A stretch of DNA of 37,068 nucleotides, from positions 1-37,068 of the IMG/VR virus record IMGVR_UViG_3300008217_005050; one strand, given 5' to 3'. Both the position numbers and the translations under genes were made by a program. Source of the DNA: a virus (lineage: Duplodnaviria > Caudoviricetes). The notes beneath the pieces are model-generated. The model did no database searches, was not told the DNA's origin, and saw only the letters and a program-made list of their open reading frames with translations. This document shows positions 10,070 through 20,399 of the stretch, one piece after another (position 1 is the first letter of the stretch; every line of letters begins with the position of its first letter).

Positions 10070-12196
10070 TTACAGTGGCTGATCTATTAACTCTTGCATA
10101 TCTGTGGCTATGCGGTTTCTATTTGCTTGGTACCAATCTTCAAATCCTGAAGTGTCCATAGCGCTTATGTTGAATTGAGGGGAAATATGAACTTCGCGTG
10201 GTGTAGTCTTTTGTCCAGCGCTTTCATTTACAAGTATGTTTGGGCTAAAACTTTGTCCTTTAGTGTGATCTATGACAGTCTCTTGAGGATGAAGCATAGC
10301 CAACTGTCCGCCTTTACCATCTAAACCGCCTGTTCTCGGCCCATCCCATGTATAACCACCGCCATCAAAAGATGCTAAGCCTGTTACTTTTCCTGCATAC
10401 ATAGTACCCGCGGCAATAACTACACCTGCAGCAGCTGCACCAAGCACAGGACCAACATAAGGAATACTTGCCAATGCGTTATAAGCTTTCATTGCTGTAT
10501 CGTAGGTATTCGTCCAGATGCTTTGCAATGAGTTTCGTTTTTCTTCATCCAGCATAGTCTCCCCAAGTGATATTGCCGTCTTTGCATAGCTCGCGTTTTT
10601 TCCTTCCATGCCATCAAAGTACCCACCCATCACATCAAGCAGGCTTGAATATCCTTTCTGCATTGTCTTATTCCGCTCAGACTCAGCAAGAGCTAACTTA
10701 TCTTGATGCTCTTTTTCTTTCTGTTCTCTAAGCGCTAATTGCTCATCTTTTATCTCTGTTATACGCTGCTCATGCTGGGCAATGGCTAGTTCTTTTGCCT
10801 CTGTATATTCGGCCTCTATCTCAGCGGTAACTAGGTTTTTTTCTCGCAAAAGCTGGAACTCCCGTTCCATTTCAGCTTGTTTCCGTTCAAAGCGTTGGTT
10901 CTCTAATTCAACCTCTTTACCATCAGCTTCTAACTGAGCATCAAATATTTGTTGGTACTGATTGCGAGCTGACTCAATTAAGCGCTGCGCTTTTTCATCC
11001 GCTACAGCTGGATCACTTTTTATTAATAAGTCGCTTAAGTCTTTTTTATCGGGGTTATTTACTTGCTCTTGTGCTGCTGCTTCAAACTTGTCTTGAACGT
11101 CCTTTATCCAGGCATCCATTTTTCCTGAGGGCATTGGCTTTAGCGCCAAGTCGCTCACCTCTTTCGCTAATCTTTCGGTTGTTTGCGATACAGACTCAGC
11201 AAATAAGTTTATTTCATCGAGTGTTTTTGTATCAAAGCCGAGTGCATCACCGATTTCCCCGCCAATTTTTGAACCGACAGTACCTATTTGAACAATGCCA
11301 TTCACCAGTTCAGCCATACCCTGGCGAATAAGTAAAAAGGTCATTTGCAAGCCTCGGCCCATGTCTGCTAAAAAGCCAATACCTGTTGCAACCTTGGTGA
11401 CTACTTGCTGAGCAATTGAACCAAAGCCGCCGGCTTCTTTGGCAGAATCAACCCACATATCTGAAATCGCACCGATGATCGGCGCTGTTTCTATCGCCAG
11501 TGTTTGGCCAAAGCTATGCGTTGTTTTTTGCGCCTTATCGAATGCATCATTCGCCATTTCAACTTTGGCTGCATCGATGCGGTCAAATGTCATGCCTAAG
11601 TCTTCAGCTTCTTGCATCATGGCATTAATACCATCAGCACCGGCGTCCATCACGTTGATCATCTTAACGCCTGACTTACCCATTAGACTTTGGGCGATGT
11701 ACACCTTTTGGCTTTGATCTTCAACATCCTTTAGCTTGTCAGCAATGACTTTAAATTGCTCTTCAGGCGCTAAGCCTTGCAAGTCTTTAATTGATAGACC
11801 TAAGCCATCAAGTGCATACTTAGCTTCCCCTGTACCAGTTTGTGCTACCTGCCCTAATCCTTGCTGCATCCGCTGCAGAGACTTTGTAAGCTCTTCGTTT
11901 GTCGCACCATATAGGTTAGCTGCGTGTTGTAAGCCACCAAGCGCTTGCGTTGTGATGCCTAACCTGTCTGCGGTTTTTGCCTGCATATCAATAAATTCAG
12001 CATTTTTAGCATAAATTGAGGCATAGGCAGCAACACCAGCAGCACCAAAGCCAACCATTGCTTTTGTGCTTGTACCCACCAATTTCCGAGTTTTATCAGC
12101 CCAAGATTGCGTGTTTTTAGTGGCTTTTTTCAATTCAGCCGACAACTTGCCACTTTTACCGATCAAGTCGATAGTGAGTGTTGCAATTGATGACAT
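10070..12196 (-). CDS. Tail tape measure protein
   Basis: 708 aa, Ala/Gly-rich and helical; N-terminal IATLTIDL; C-terminal FDGGGYT..G.DGKGG...MLHPQE motif. Confidence 0.93.
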   Translation of the reverse strand: MSSIATLTIDLIGKSGKLSAELKKATKNTQSWADKTRKLVGTSTKAMVGFGAAGVAAYASIYAKNAEFIDMQAKTADRLGITTQALGGLQHAANLYGATNEELTKSLQRMQQGLGQVAQTGTGEAKYALDGLGLSIKDLQGLAPEEQFKVIADKLKDVEDQSQKVYIAQSLMGKSGVKMINVMDAGADGINAMMQEAEDLGMTFDRIDAAKVEMANDAFDKAQKTTHSFGQTLAIETAPIIGAISDMWVDSAKEAGGFGSIAQQVVTKVATGIGFLADMGRGLQMTFLLIRQGMAELVNGIVQIGTVGSKIGGEIGDALGFDTKTLDEINLFAESVSQTTERLAKEVSDLALKPMPSGKMDAWIKDVQDKFEAAAQEQVNNPDKKDLSDLLIKSDPAVADEKAQRLIESARNQYQQIFDAQLEADGKEVELENQRFERKQAEMEREFQLLREKNLVTAEIEAEYTEAKELAIAQHEQRITEIKDEQLALREQKEKEHQDKLALAESERNKTMQKGYSSLLDVMGGYFDGMEGKNASYAKTAISLGETMLDEEKRNSLQSIWTNTYDTAMKAYNALASIPYVGPVLGAAAAGVVIAAGTMYAGKVTGLASFDGGGYTWDGPRTGGLDGKGGQLAMLHPQETVIDHTKGQSFSPNILVNESAGQKTTPREVHISPQFNISAMDTSGFEDWYQANRNRIATDMQELIDQPL

Positions 12197-12198
12197 AG

Positions 12199-12441
12199 TT
12201 AAGTTCTCTTACGTTGGCGCCAAGGACAGGTATTTAAAAACGCTTCTGTTTCACGTTGCTTTTTATTTTGTTCAATTTTGCGCTGCTCTGAACGGTCAAA
12301 CGTTAGCCCCATTTTTAACCCTTGATGGACTAATCGAAGTTCAAGTTCTTCTGCCGGCAAACGTGAATGTAATTCGTAGATAGAGCAACCTAAGTTATCT
12401 GCTAAATTGCAGAGCGCATGTAACTCAGGTTGCTTTTTTAG
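12199..12441 (-). CDS. Tail assembly chaperone gpT-like extension reached by -1 frameshift
   Basis: The -1 frame is open from slippery A AAA AAC (12447-12441) to TAA at 12201-12199, reading LKKQPELHALCNLADNLGCSIYELHSRLPAEEL...; it fills the gap before the tape measure gene. Confidence 0.85.
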   Translation of the reverse strand, partial: LKKQPELHALCNLADNLGCSIYELHSRLPAEELELRLVHQGLKMGLTFDRSEQRKIEQNKKQRETEAFLNTCPWRQRKRT

Positions 12442-12773
12442 TTTTTTTCAATAGTTTCAAGATTATCTTGCGATAGGTTTGTGAAGAACAAACCGGTTGT
12501 GTGGATCATACCAAGCTGATCAACATCCATTAATTGCGGAAGTTTTGCAGCTTCTTTGTCATCATACTTACCATGGAGCATGTAGTAGGTATTACGTTGT
12601 GCAATTTTTTCTAGTTTTTTAGGATCTGCATTTTTATCGGTAAACAATTCCCTTGCTTTAAATTCATCGTTTGCCGGCAATCGATGTAATTCAATTTTAC
12701 CAACGCCTTTTACGTCAAATACGCGGGTAGAGGTAGCAAGTCTTCCCGCCATAATATCTGCTGCTGTAATCAT
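12438..12773 (-). CDS. Tail assembly chaperone (gpG-like)
   Basis: 111 aa between tail tube and tape measure genes; ends in E-K-N on a slippery heptamer. Confidence 0.85.
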   Translation of the reverse strand: MITAADIMAGRLATSTRVFDVKGVGKIELHRLPANDEFKARELFTDKNADPKKLEKIAQRNTYYMLHGKYDDKEAAKLPQLMDVDQLGMIHTTGLFFTNLSQDNLETIEKN

Positions 12774-13237
12774 TAAGCACCCGCACCAACTGATGTAAAG
12801 TTAACATTCTGAAGCTTGCCAATACACGCAAACATTTGTTTACCCGTCTCTTTGCCTGATTCACCCGAAAAGTAATCTTGTGGTACCAGTACAAACTCAA
12901 TTACTCGCCCACTGGCGCGGGTAATTTTCATATTGATGTTGGTGCCAGCTATCACTTGATCAGTGAATGCTTTTTGATCTGCATTGCCGGGTATATCACG
13001 CATGACTAATTCAAAGTCTTGGTCTTCAGGAAGTGCTTTTTCGTAGTATGAACGACGAGTCATACCTATATCTGTGTCATCTTCAAACTGCTTTCCTGAG
13101 TTTACTTGTGGGATAACATCAATACCTGGTAAAAACTTATCAACGGCCTCTTCACCCGTTGAACAAAATTGTAATGTTGAACCATGTGAGTCAACGGTAT
13201 CGGTTGCAAGCTCTGTTGCTGGAGTTGGATCTGGCAT
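12773..13237 (-). CDS. Major tail (tube) protein
   Basis: 154 aa, acidic and beta-rich; precedes the chaperone gene. Confidence 0.8.
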   Translation of the reverse strand: MPDPTPATELATDTVDSHGSTLQFCSTGEEAVDKFLPGIDVIPQVNSGKQFEDDTDIGMTRRSYYEKALPEDQDFELVMRDIPGNADQKAFTDQVIAGTNINMKITRASGRVIEFVLVPQDYFSGESGKETGKQMFACIGKLQNVNFTSVGAGA

Positions 13238-13238
13238 T

Positions 13239-13637
13239 TCACACCTCGTTATTTATGTTGTGGTAATAAAAAATATACTCGTATGACTCACGGTATAGTT
13301 TTGAGTCAGTATCAAAATCTGGAATACGGCGCTGTTTAAGTGCTAACTGCACATTCACATGCGTATCGATAAACCCTTTTTTGTTAAAAGTAACTTCAAT
13401 TTGCTTTGCTATTGCCTTAGCGTTAGCGGGTAATTTGCTGTAACAATCAAATTGCACAAATGCTTCGCTTTGATTATCTTCCATGTGAATTTCTATTGGT
13501 GTTTCATCATCAACCACAGTCAGAAAGATGTAGTTATCTTTGCTGTTATGATTTTCTGTCAGATGAAAGTTATCCCCAATGAGCGCCATCAAAGCTTGTG
13601 ATGCTAAAGCTTTTTTTCTTATGCTATTTTCTATCAT
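13239..13637 (-). CDS. Tail terminator (DUF3168-like)
   Basis: VQFDCYS motif and C-terminal D.D.KLYR; canonical position. Confidence 0.8.
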   Translation of the reverse strand: MIENSIRKKALASQALMALIGDNFHLTENHNSKDNYIFLTVVDDETPIEIHMEDNQSEAFVQFDCYSKLPANAKAIAKQIEVTFNKKGFIDTHVNVQLALKQRRIPDFDTDSKLYRESYEYIFYYHNINNEV

Positions 13638-14140
13638 TTTGCTTTGTTCTTTTTCGCTATGCGGCGCTGTGCCATTTGAATGCGTTTAGCTAAGCGATGG
13701 TTGATTACCACCACAGCTTGATTTGTGCGTTTTTTAAATGAATTACGAATAAACGGTTGGGCCTTTTGCCGTGTGGTACCGTACTCAACTTGAACAATGT
13801 AAGGCACTTTAAATGCCCCAACTTTTACAAGTGATACCACACCTTTACCAAAGCGCTTTGTTTCTGCACCTGTTCGATTTGTGCTGGCGCGAATTTTAAT
13901 GCGAGACTTTAAAAAGCCTGGGCGTATTTCTACTTTTTGACCGCTTTTAGTTTTAACTATGCGGGCAAGTTCAGATTCAGGCGCATTACGTTGCATACCT
14001 TGCTGATATTTAACAGCACCTTCACGGATAGCGCTTGTCATAATACCTGTCGCTTTTTTCGCACCTATCTCTTTAGAAATATCCTGTAATGCTTGTTCCA
14101 TTTGCTTTAAACCCGAGATATCAATTCCTGCATCAAGCAT
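13634..14140 (-). CDS. HK97 gp10-family tail completion protein
   Basis: N-terminal ISGLKQ; VEYGT..QKAQPFIR motif. Confidence 0.9.
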   Translation of the reverse strand: MLDAGIDISGLKQMEQALQDISKEIGAKKATGIMTSAIREGAVKYQQGMQRNAPESELARIVKTKSGQKVEIRPGFLKSRIKIRASTNRTGAETKRFGKGVVSLVKVGAFKVPYIVQVEYGTTRQKAQPFIRNSFKKRTNQAVVVINHRLAKRIQMAQRRIAKKNKAK

Positions 14141-14462
14141 TGGTGATCTCCTTTACAGCAATAATGGTTTGGATATTTTCAAAATCTTGATTTATTGGTT
14201 CACCAATAATTTCAAATTGGCGCTGCTTAAATGTGATTCGGTGGGTTGCTTTAATTTTACTGCTATAACGACAGGTGATTGTATGGGTAACCTCCCCCAT
14301 TAACTGGCCGCTTTGCTCTAGTTCTTTAGACGCTCCAGTATGAATGTTCACCCATTTAAAAAATTCATGCGCGAAAGAGTCCGTATTGTAGCCGTCATCT
14401 GACTTGGTATTTCCACCAAAGCTTACTTTGCAGTTATATTTAGCAGCTGGCATGGTTTTCAT
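14133..14462 (-). CDS. Head closure / head-tail adaptor (SPP1 gp16-like)
   Basis: TH.IT.RY...I....RI.F..R.FEI motif. Confidence 0.88.
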   Translation of the reverse strand: MKTMPAAKYNCKVSFGGNTKSDDGYNTDSFAHEFFKWVNIHTGASKELEQSGQLMGEVTHTITCRYSSKIKATHRITFKQRQFEIIGEPINQDFENIQTIIAVKEITNA

Positions 14463-15067
14463 AATAGCTCTACCGCTAATTCGTTTGCGATTGCTTTAAA
14501 TGCATTTGGCATGTCATAAAGCTGCACGGGTGCAGTATCTTCACGATTTCTAAACCAATCAGCCACTAAAATTAAAATAGCTTGTTTCGCAAGGTCGTAT
14601 TTGTCTTTGTCAATTAACGTATTTGCCTCAATTGCATCATTCACCACAGCTGCATGACCCATAACGCATTCTATTTGCACTGCATCTGCTACTTTAAAGC
14701 CTACTGCAGGCCAGTTTCCGCCTAATTTAGGTGTAATGGTGGCTGTTAAGCCGTGTTCTACAACACGATACTCTGTTGGCTCAAGCGTTACATATTGGCC
14801 CAATGTGTTTATGTATTTAATTGATGTGATGCTCCTAAGCGGCGCGGTTGGTAAAACAATTTCCTTACAGAATTTAGGCATAGCAAATTGCCATGTTTGT
14901 TCTACGAGTAAACGGCCTGTGCGTTGTTCAAACCGTTTTCGCGCTCTCGGTACCAAAGTTTGCAAATAATCATGGTGATCATCATCTGCATGAGTATGTG
15001 CTGCCAATTCTTCTACTGTGAATGGCTCAATCAAAGGTGCCTGGATTAGCTTTCGGAGCATTTTCAT
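14459..15067 (-). CDS. Head-tail connector (HK97 gp6-like, long form)
   Basis: EP.TVEE..AH, E..TGR.L..QTW and KQAIL.LVADWF.NRE motifs. Confidence 0.9.
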   Translation of the reverse strand: MKMLRKLIQAPLIEPFTVEELAAHTHADDDHHDYLQTLVPRARKRFEQRTGRLLVEQTWQFAMPKFCKEIVLPTAPLRSITSIKYINTLGQYVTLEPTEYRVVEHGLTATITPKLGGNWPAVGFKVADAVQIECVMGHAAVVNDAIEANTLIDKDKYDLAKQAILILVADWFRNREDTAPVQLYDMPNAFKAIANELAVELL

Positions 15068-15072
15068 TGTTG

Positions 15073-15327
15073 TTACTCTTCGCCGTCAGTATTCTCGCCA
15101 GTATCACTTTCTGCGTCTTCACCTGTCGCATTAAGATCAACAACTTCAACTTTTAGCTCATTGCTGCAATACTCTACCGCTGCTTTGTCACTTGATAGCT
15201 CACCAACTTTAATAAGTGGTTCTAGTGTCTCTGCATCACCTTTTACAAGTGCGTTTGGCTCAAAAGGTTGACCAGCAATCACGGTTGCAACCAGTACACG
15301 TGCAATAATTTGTTTTTTAGCTGCCAT
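15073..15327 (-). CDS. Small hypothetical protein downstream of capsid
   Basis: 84 aa with SD AAGGA; typical post-capsid position. Confidence 0.75.
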   Translation of the reverse strand: MAAKKQIIARVLVATVIAGQPFEPNALVKGDAETLEPLIKVGELSSDKAAVEYCSNELKVEVVDLNATGEDAESDTGENTDGEE

Positions 15328-15347
15328 GGTTAAGTCCTTACTTAAAT

Positions 15348-15369
15348 AAAAAAGCCCCTTTTCAGGGGC
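15348..15369 (-). terminator. Intrinsic terminator after the capsid gene
   Basis: Minus strand GCCCCT-GAAA-AGGGGC-TTTTTT. Confidence 0.85.
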
Positions 15370-15383
15370 AATTGGAGCATCAA

Positions 15384-16631
15384 TTAAGCGGCTGCATTTT
15401 GGTAGTACTTAACAGCACCACCTACATCAATACAGCGACCACCTGTACGCATAAACGCTAAGAAACCAACTTGGCCTTTACGGCTATACGCACTGTCTGT
15501 GAAACGGAAGAACAGCATTTGTGATACATCACGAACAATGTATTTAGAGAAATCACCAAACAATACCGACTTAGCGTTTGCTGCCATAGCTGGAATGTGT
15601 TGATTAGTGGCATATGGCTTGCCCAAAATTGTATTTGGTTCAGCTGACTCAATTCCAGGTAACCAAAGTGGGCGCCCTTGACTGTCTTTAAGCTTCTTAA
15701 CAATTTTGATTGATGAGTCGTTCATCATGTAACCGCACTTCATGCTACGGCGATAAGCAGGATCAACGCTGTGTTCTAGATCAATAAGGTCATCAACAGT
15801 AATTGTTGCAATTTGGCCTGAACCGCCCACTTTACCTGCACTGATATCTGCCAAAATACCGTGTGGCTTACCCGTACCATCACCATTAATAAATGCATCT
15901 TCAGACGTACGGCCAATACGCATACCAATTAAGTTATTAATGTAACCCTCAAGGTCAAATTGAGTGTCTTGCAATAATTGGAATGGCACTGCAATGACTT
16001 TTGAGCTGATCATATGCGTATCAATGTTACGCACACCGAATGAAGTATCTTCGTCATCTGCTGTGGCATTTTCTGCTAACCATTCACCTTGCTCAGCAGT
16101 TGCGTTTGCGGTAGGCCAAGGAATTGTAGAACCTGTTTGTGTAGGTACCACAGTAGCCAGTTCACGCATGCCACCATAAGCTTTTAATGCCTGTGAAATA
16201 CCAGGTGCAATTTCATCAGCAGTGAGGTAACCACCCTCTGAACCTTGGCCAGTGCTCATCGTATTTTTAGGGCTATCAATACGAGCTTGTACTGCAGCGC
16301 GTTGTTCTTCATTAAGCGCCGACATACCACCACGTAGCCATGTTGCGTACGCTGCTTTTTCTTGCTGAATTTGGTGCTCAGCTTCATCAGTAGAAATGCC
16401 GTTTTGGTCTGCGCGATCTTGAATGGTTTGCTTTGACTTAGCCTGTAAATCGAGCACTTTTTGATGACGGTCAAGCTCACCGTCTAATGCATCGATTTTA
16501 TTAACCAGATCATCATATTTTTTCTGCTTATCATCAGTCCAAGCTTCATCTTTTGGATGATCTGTGACTAATTGGTTTAGGGTGACAGCTAAACCTTTGC
16601 GCTGCTCCCGCTTATCTTGAATGCTAGGCAT
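15384..16631 (-). CDS. Major capsid protein (HK97 fold with delta domain)
   Basis: Coiled-coil N-terminus; EGGYL, AFINGDG.GKP.GIL, LKDSQGRPLW and FGDFS motifs. Confidence 0.97.
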   Translation of the reverse strand: MPSIQDKREQRKGLAVTLNQLVTDHPKDEAWTDDKQKKYDDLVNKIDALDGELDRHQKVLDLQAKSKQTIQDRADQNGISTDEAEHQIQQEKAAYATWLRGGMSALNEEQRAAVQARIDSPKNTMSTGQGSEGGYLTADEIAPGISQALKAYGGMRELATVVPTQTGSTIPWPTANATAEQGEWLAENATADDEDTSFGVRNIDTHMISSKVIAVPFQLLQDTQFDLEGYINNLIGMRIGRTSEDAFINGDGTGKPHGILADISAGKVGGSGQIATITVDDLIDLEHSVDPAYRRSMKCGYMMNDSSIKIVKKLKDSQGRPLWLPGIESAEPNTILGKPYATNQHIPAMAANAKSVLFGDFSKYIVRDVSQMLFFRFTDSAYSRKGQVGFLAFMRTGGRCIDVGGAVKYYQNAAA

Positions 16632-16655
16632 AATGTATTCCTCAATTTTAAGTAT

Positions 16656-16679
16656 AAAAAAAGCACCTTTCGGTGCTTT
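16656..16679 (-). terminator. Terminator-like hairpin between protease and capsid genes
   Basis: Minus strand AAAGCACC-GAAA-GGTGCTTTTTTT. Confidence 0.8.
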
Positions 16680-16699
16680 CGATAGTGGTGCCAGCGGAG

Positions 16700-17443
16700 C
16701 TAGCTAGTTACAAGCAACATGTTGGCAAATCGTTCTAGCCTTTCACGCTGCGGAAATGTGTTTTCTGGAACTTTGGGCTCAGGTGCGTTTTGATACGTCG
16801 TTAAATCCCACGCTTTATTGGTTGTTTGGTCTGTGCTTCCGTCTTGCATAATGCTATCAACAAAGCCGTGCTCTAAGGCTTCTTGTGCGGTAAACCATGT
16901 TTCAGCTTGCATCCAGTTACGAACTTGTTCTTCACCTGCTTCTGTACGCTTTTCATAGTCATTTACAATGGTGTTATCAACTTTATCGAGCATGTCTGCT
17001 GTATCACGAATTTCTTGGGCATTACCAAGTGCTAGTGTCCAGGCATAATGGATCATATAAAAACCTGAATCAGCAATTTCAATTGTATCGCCGGCTAATG
17101 CAATGCGTGTTGCAGCACTTGCGGCAATACCATCAATATGAACATGAATTTTTGCAGGATGCGCTTTTAAACTAGAATAAATTGCCGTCGCTTCAAATAC
17201 ATCACCACCAGGGCTATTTATGTAAACATCGATATCCGTGGCATCACTTACTGTGAGCAAATCACGCTTAATCATTTCTGCAGATACGCCCCACCAAGAG
17301 TCAATAACATCGTAAATTAAAAATGCGGGGCGGTTTTCACCTGCATTAGCTAAAGGTGACTGTTGTTTTATTTGATAGCCAACTTGCTCACGGTTTTGGC
17401 AGTTGTTTTTAATCAACTGCATTAGTTTTCGGCTGTTTCTCAT
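16700..17443 (-). CDS. Head maturation protease, ClpP-like (S14)
   Basis: INSPGGDVF, DGIAASAA, MIH and ETWF.A.EA...GF.D motifs. Confidence 0.95.
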   Translation of the reverse strand: MRNSRKLMQLIKNNCQNREQVGYQIKQQSPLANAGENRPAFLIYDVIDSWWGVSAEMIKRDLLTVSDATDIDVYINSPGGDVFEATAIYSSLKAHPAKIHVHIDGIAASAATRIALAGDTIEIADSGFYMIHYAWTLALGNAQEIRDTADMLDKVDNTIVNDYEKRTEAGEEQVRNWMQAETWFTAQEALEHGFVDSIMQDGSTDQTTNKAWDLTTYQNAPEPKVPENTFPQRERLERFANMLLVTS

Positions 17444-17445
17444 GG

Positions 17446-18690
17446 TTAATTGTCCGTTTGTTGGTTGTTTGCAGCAGTTGCGTCGTAAGGTAACGCGTAA
17501 CGGCCACCTAGTTCTGGTAGATTTTCAAGCTTTCTCACTTCATCAATACTCATCCAGCCCGGTCCTTGCGAGCCACCAATCGCTTGACGGTATGCTTCGT
17601 TGCGATCTTTTAAGGTCAAACGCATTAAATTAGCAGCGATAAATTCAGCAAACATGGGCTTTTTCAAAAAGAGTTTGCGGTTTACTTCTTGCTCAAAGCG
17701 GTTTAAGTGTGGACCAAGCGTAAAACGCAAGAACGATAAGCCAATTTCACCAATGCCACTGCCCCAAGATGTTGTCTTTTGTTCTTGATTTACCATAAAG
17801 CTAGGCAAACCAAACGCACGTGCAATATCTGTAATTTGAAATTCACGCGACTCAAGCAGCTGAGAATCTTTGGCTGACACACTCAGTTGCTTTACATCTG
17901 TACTGTTATCAAGAACCAGTGGAAACTTAGAGTTTTCGATACCGCCATAAGCTTTAACCCACGCGTTTCTGAATGACTCTTTTTGTGTTTCATCCCACTT
18001 CCCTTGTTTAACAACTGCAACGCGTTGAGTTGAACCTGATTTGAAAAACTCACCACTGTGTTGCTCCATGGCAAGCTCAAGGCCAATGCTATTAAATGCC
18101 CCCCACTGAATAACTGACATAGATTTAAGACCATTAAAACCAAAGCCAGGAAAATGCAAAATATCGTCCTGATCAAAGCCTCGGGGATTATCATCAAGTG
18201 TGAAAAAGTAATTTAAACGCCCATTGTTATTAACTACATTCATACCTACAGGGCTGATTGGTAATATTTCTTCTACATCACCGTTTCTATCTCTCAGTAA
18301 GACAGCAAACCCATCACCGTGAAGCAGCATGCTCGATACGATAAACTCCCAAAATGCAGCTGCACTCCACGCTGGTGTTGGCTGTAAGTTAAATAAGTTA
18401 GCTAAACTATGGTTTGGGACTCTTTGTTTATCGTTCTTTTCACTTTGTTCAAAGATATGAACGGGCATCTGAGCAATAGCGCCGGCAATTAATCGCACAC
18501 AAGCAAAAACGATGGATACTTTCATGGATGTTTTTGGTGTAACAGCTGGGCCTGCAAATGAAGGCATTACCCCAAATAGATCAGCCAAGGAATTAATATC
18601 TTGTACTGATATGTCGTTTTGCTCAGCAGTATTGCTTACTTGTGTCGTGCTTTTGCTGCTTGAACGACTTAAAAAAGGGATTTTAAACAT
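17446..18690 (-). CDS. Portal protein, HK97 family
   Basis: VFACVRLIA..IA..P, LL.G.GF and D.Q.LE.R.FQ..DIAR.FG.P motifs. Confidence 0.97.
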   Translation of the reverse strand: MFKIPFLSRSSSKSTTQVSNTAEQNDISVQDINSLADLFGVMPSFAGPAVTPKTSMKVSIVFACVRLIAGAIAQMPVHIFEQSEKNDKQRVPNHSLANLFNLQPTPAWSAAAFWEFIVSSMLLHGDGFAVLLRDRNGDVEEILPISPVGMNVVNNNGRLNYFFTLDDNPRGFDQDDILHFPGFGFNGLKSMSVIQWGAFNSIGLELAMEQHSGEFFKSGSTQRVAVVKQGKWDETQKESFRNAWVKAYGGIENSKFPLVLDNSTDVKQLSVSAKDSQLLESREFQITDIARAFGLPSFMVNQEQKTTSWGSGIGEIGLSFLRFTLGPHLNRFEQEVNRKLFLKKPMFAEFIAANLMRLTLKDRNEAYRQAIGGSQGPGWMSIDEVRKLENLPELGGRYALPYDATAANNQQTDN

Positions 18691-20399
18691 TAGAATTCCA
18701 AAAACTCTTGGTTAGAACCATCATCTTCTTCAGGCTGCCATGAGCCTATAAAGGCGAGTAACATAGCAACCGCGGTATCAATCTTATTGTCTTTATGCTC
18801 TTTGACTGGACGAATATATTTGCCGTCCATGGTTTCTTTCGCGATTACGTTTCCTAAACACCAGGCAAGAACAGGATCACCATTGTGGTGAATGCGGCCC
18901 TGCCTGAGTAAAGTTTCAAACTCACGCATAGCCGGTGAAAAATTGGTGTAGTTTTGCGCGACTTTTATTGGCTCAATGCCAGTGTTGTTTTGGACACGCT
19001 GTGCGATAGGCGCTGCGCCTGCTGGGTCGTAAAACAAGCCTGTAATCTGATAATTTTCGTTATCAGTTTCAATCGCTCGTTCGACTTCATCGTAATCAAT
19101 GCTTGTTCCATCGCACTCTAAGAGGTCACCTTGATCAACCCAGTCTCGGTAAATATCAATTTCGCTTGCTTTCGCTGCAGTGACATAGGTTTTAGCAAAC
19201 AAGTAGTAGTGAAGTTTGCCATCAATTGTGCGGGTAAAGCAGGTTACATCGGCTGTTAAATCATCCGATTCAGATAAATCGACGCCTTTTGTTCCCTCAT
19301 CTCCCAAGAACTCATCCATGGTAATAGAGTGATCGGCAGCTGCTTTCCAATCTTCCATATTAAGCCAGCTTTCTTTTGCACCCACCCATAAATTTAAGTG
19401 TTTTGTTTTAAATGCATTTTGCTTACGCGCTGATTGCTTAGCTTTGTTGAGTTGGGTTTTTAAACCATCAACATCAACCGAAATACCATAGTTAGGATTG
19501 GCTTTTATTAATGTATTTTCATCTTGCCAATCATCATCTTTATCTGCTGCGTAGATGATACAAAATGTTGTTTCATCAACCCGAGTGCCTTCTAGTATTT
19601 CTTGGCATTCTTTCCAATGTTGACCACATGGCCCAAACCAATTAGAACCGGCTGTTGATATTATAAATTCGAGTGGTTGTTCCCTAGCGCCCATCCCTGT
19701 GACCATAGTGTCTCGTTGCCTGTCATCAGGGTGTTCGTGGTATTCATCACAGAGGTAACAACTCGGCGAACCACCATCACCAGGATCACCTATCAAACGT
19801 TCAAACTTACCGCCGTCTGCAGTGCTCGATATTTGTTGGGCTAATAATTCAACTTTAAATTGCCGACGATAAGCAGGTTGCCTCGTAGCCATTTTATGGG
19901 CTGGTTGAAATACCTCATTAGCTTGCTTCTGATTGGTAGCACCACAATAAACTTCAGCGCCTGGCTCATCATCGTTCGACAACATGTACAGCCCAATGGG
20001 TGCAATCCACGTTGACTTGCCATTTTTCCTTGGAACATATACCGCTGCAGATCTAAAACGTCTGCGCTTGGTGATGATATGCTTCCAACCAAATACCTGG
20101 GCTGTTATCCACTTCTGCCAAGGGCTTAAAGCAATTAAAGCGTCCTGCCCTTTCGCCCTTGCCCACTTTCCCTTTACATGACTAAAGGTTTCAATAAACC
20201 TTATGGCTTTAAGTGCAGCCTCTACATCAAAGTAATATGGAAAATCTTTTGTGCCAGCTCGTTCTAAATCTCGGCTTTCACGCTCAACAGCTAATTTTTC
20301 ATAACGATTTGCAAGGCGTTTACCGCTTATAACATCGTTAGCGTAACGCTCTATATCAGCAAGGTGGTCATGCTGAAACGTTGGGTAGTTTTTCCGCAT
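18690..20399 (-). CDS. terL: Terminase large subunit
   Basis: Walker A PRKNGKS, Walker B LCDEYH, nuclease GVDLS and KID motifs. Confidence 0.97.
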   Translation of the reverse strand: MRKNYPTFQHDHLADIERYANDVISGKRLANRYEKLAVERESRDLERAGTKDFPYYFDVEAALKAIRFIETFSHVKGKWARAKGQDALIALSPWQKWITAQVFGWKHIITKRRRFRSAAVYVPRKNGKSTWIAPIGLYMLSNDDEPGAEVYCGATNQKQANEVFQPAHKMATRQPAYRRQFKVELLAQQISSTADGGKFERLIGDPGDGGSPSCYLCDEYHEHPDDRQRDTMVTGMGAREQPLEFIISTAGSNWFGPCGQHWKECQEILEGTRVDETTFCIIYAADKDDDWQDENTLIKANPNYGISVDVDGLKTQLNKAKQSARKQNAFKTKHLNLWVGAKESWLNMEDWKAAADHSITMDEFLGDEGTKGVDLSESDDLTADVTCFTRTIDGKLHYYLFAKTYVTAAKASEIDIYRDWVDQGDLLECDGTSIDYDEVERAIETDNENYQITGLFYDPAGAAPIAQRVQNNTGIEPIKVAQNYTNFSPAMREFETLLRQGRIHHNGDPVLAWCLGNVIAKETMDGKYIRPVKEHKDNKIDTAVAMLLAFIGSWQPEEDDGSNQEFLEF

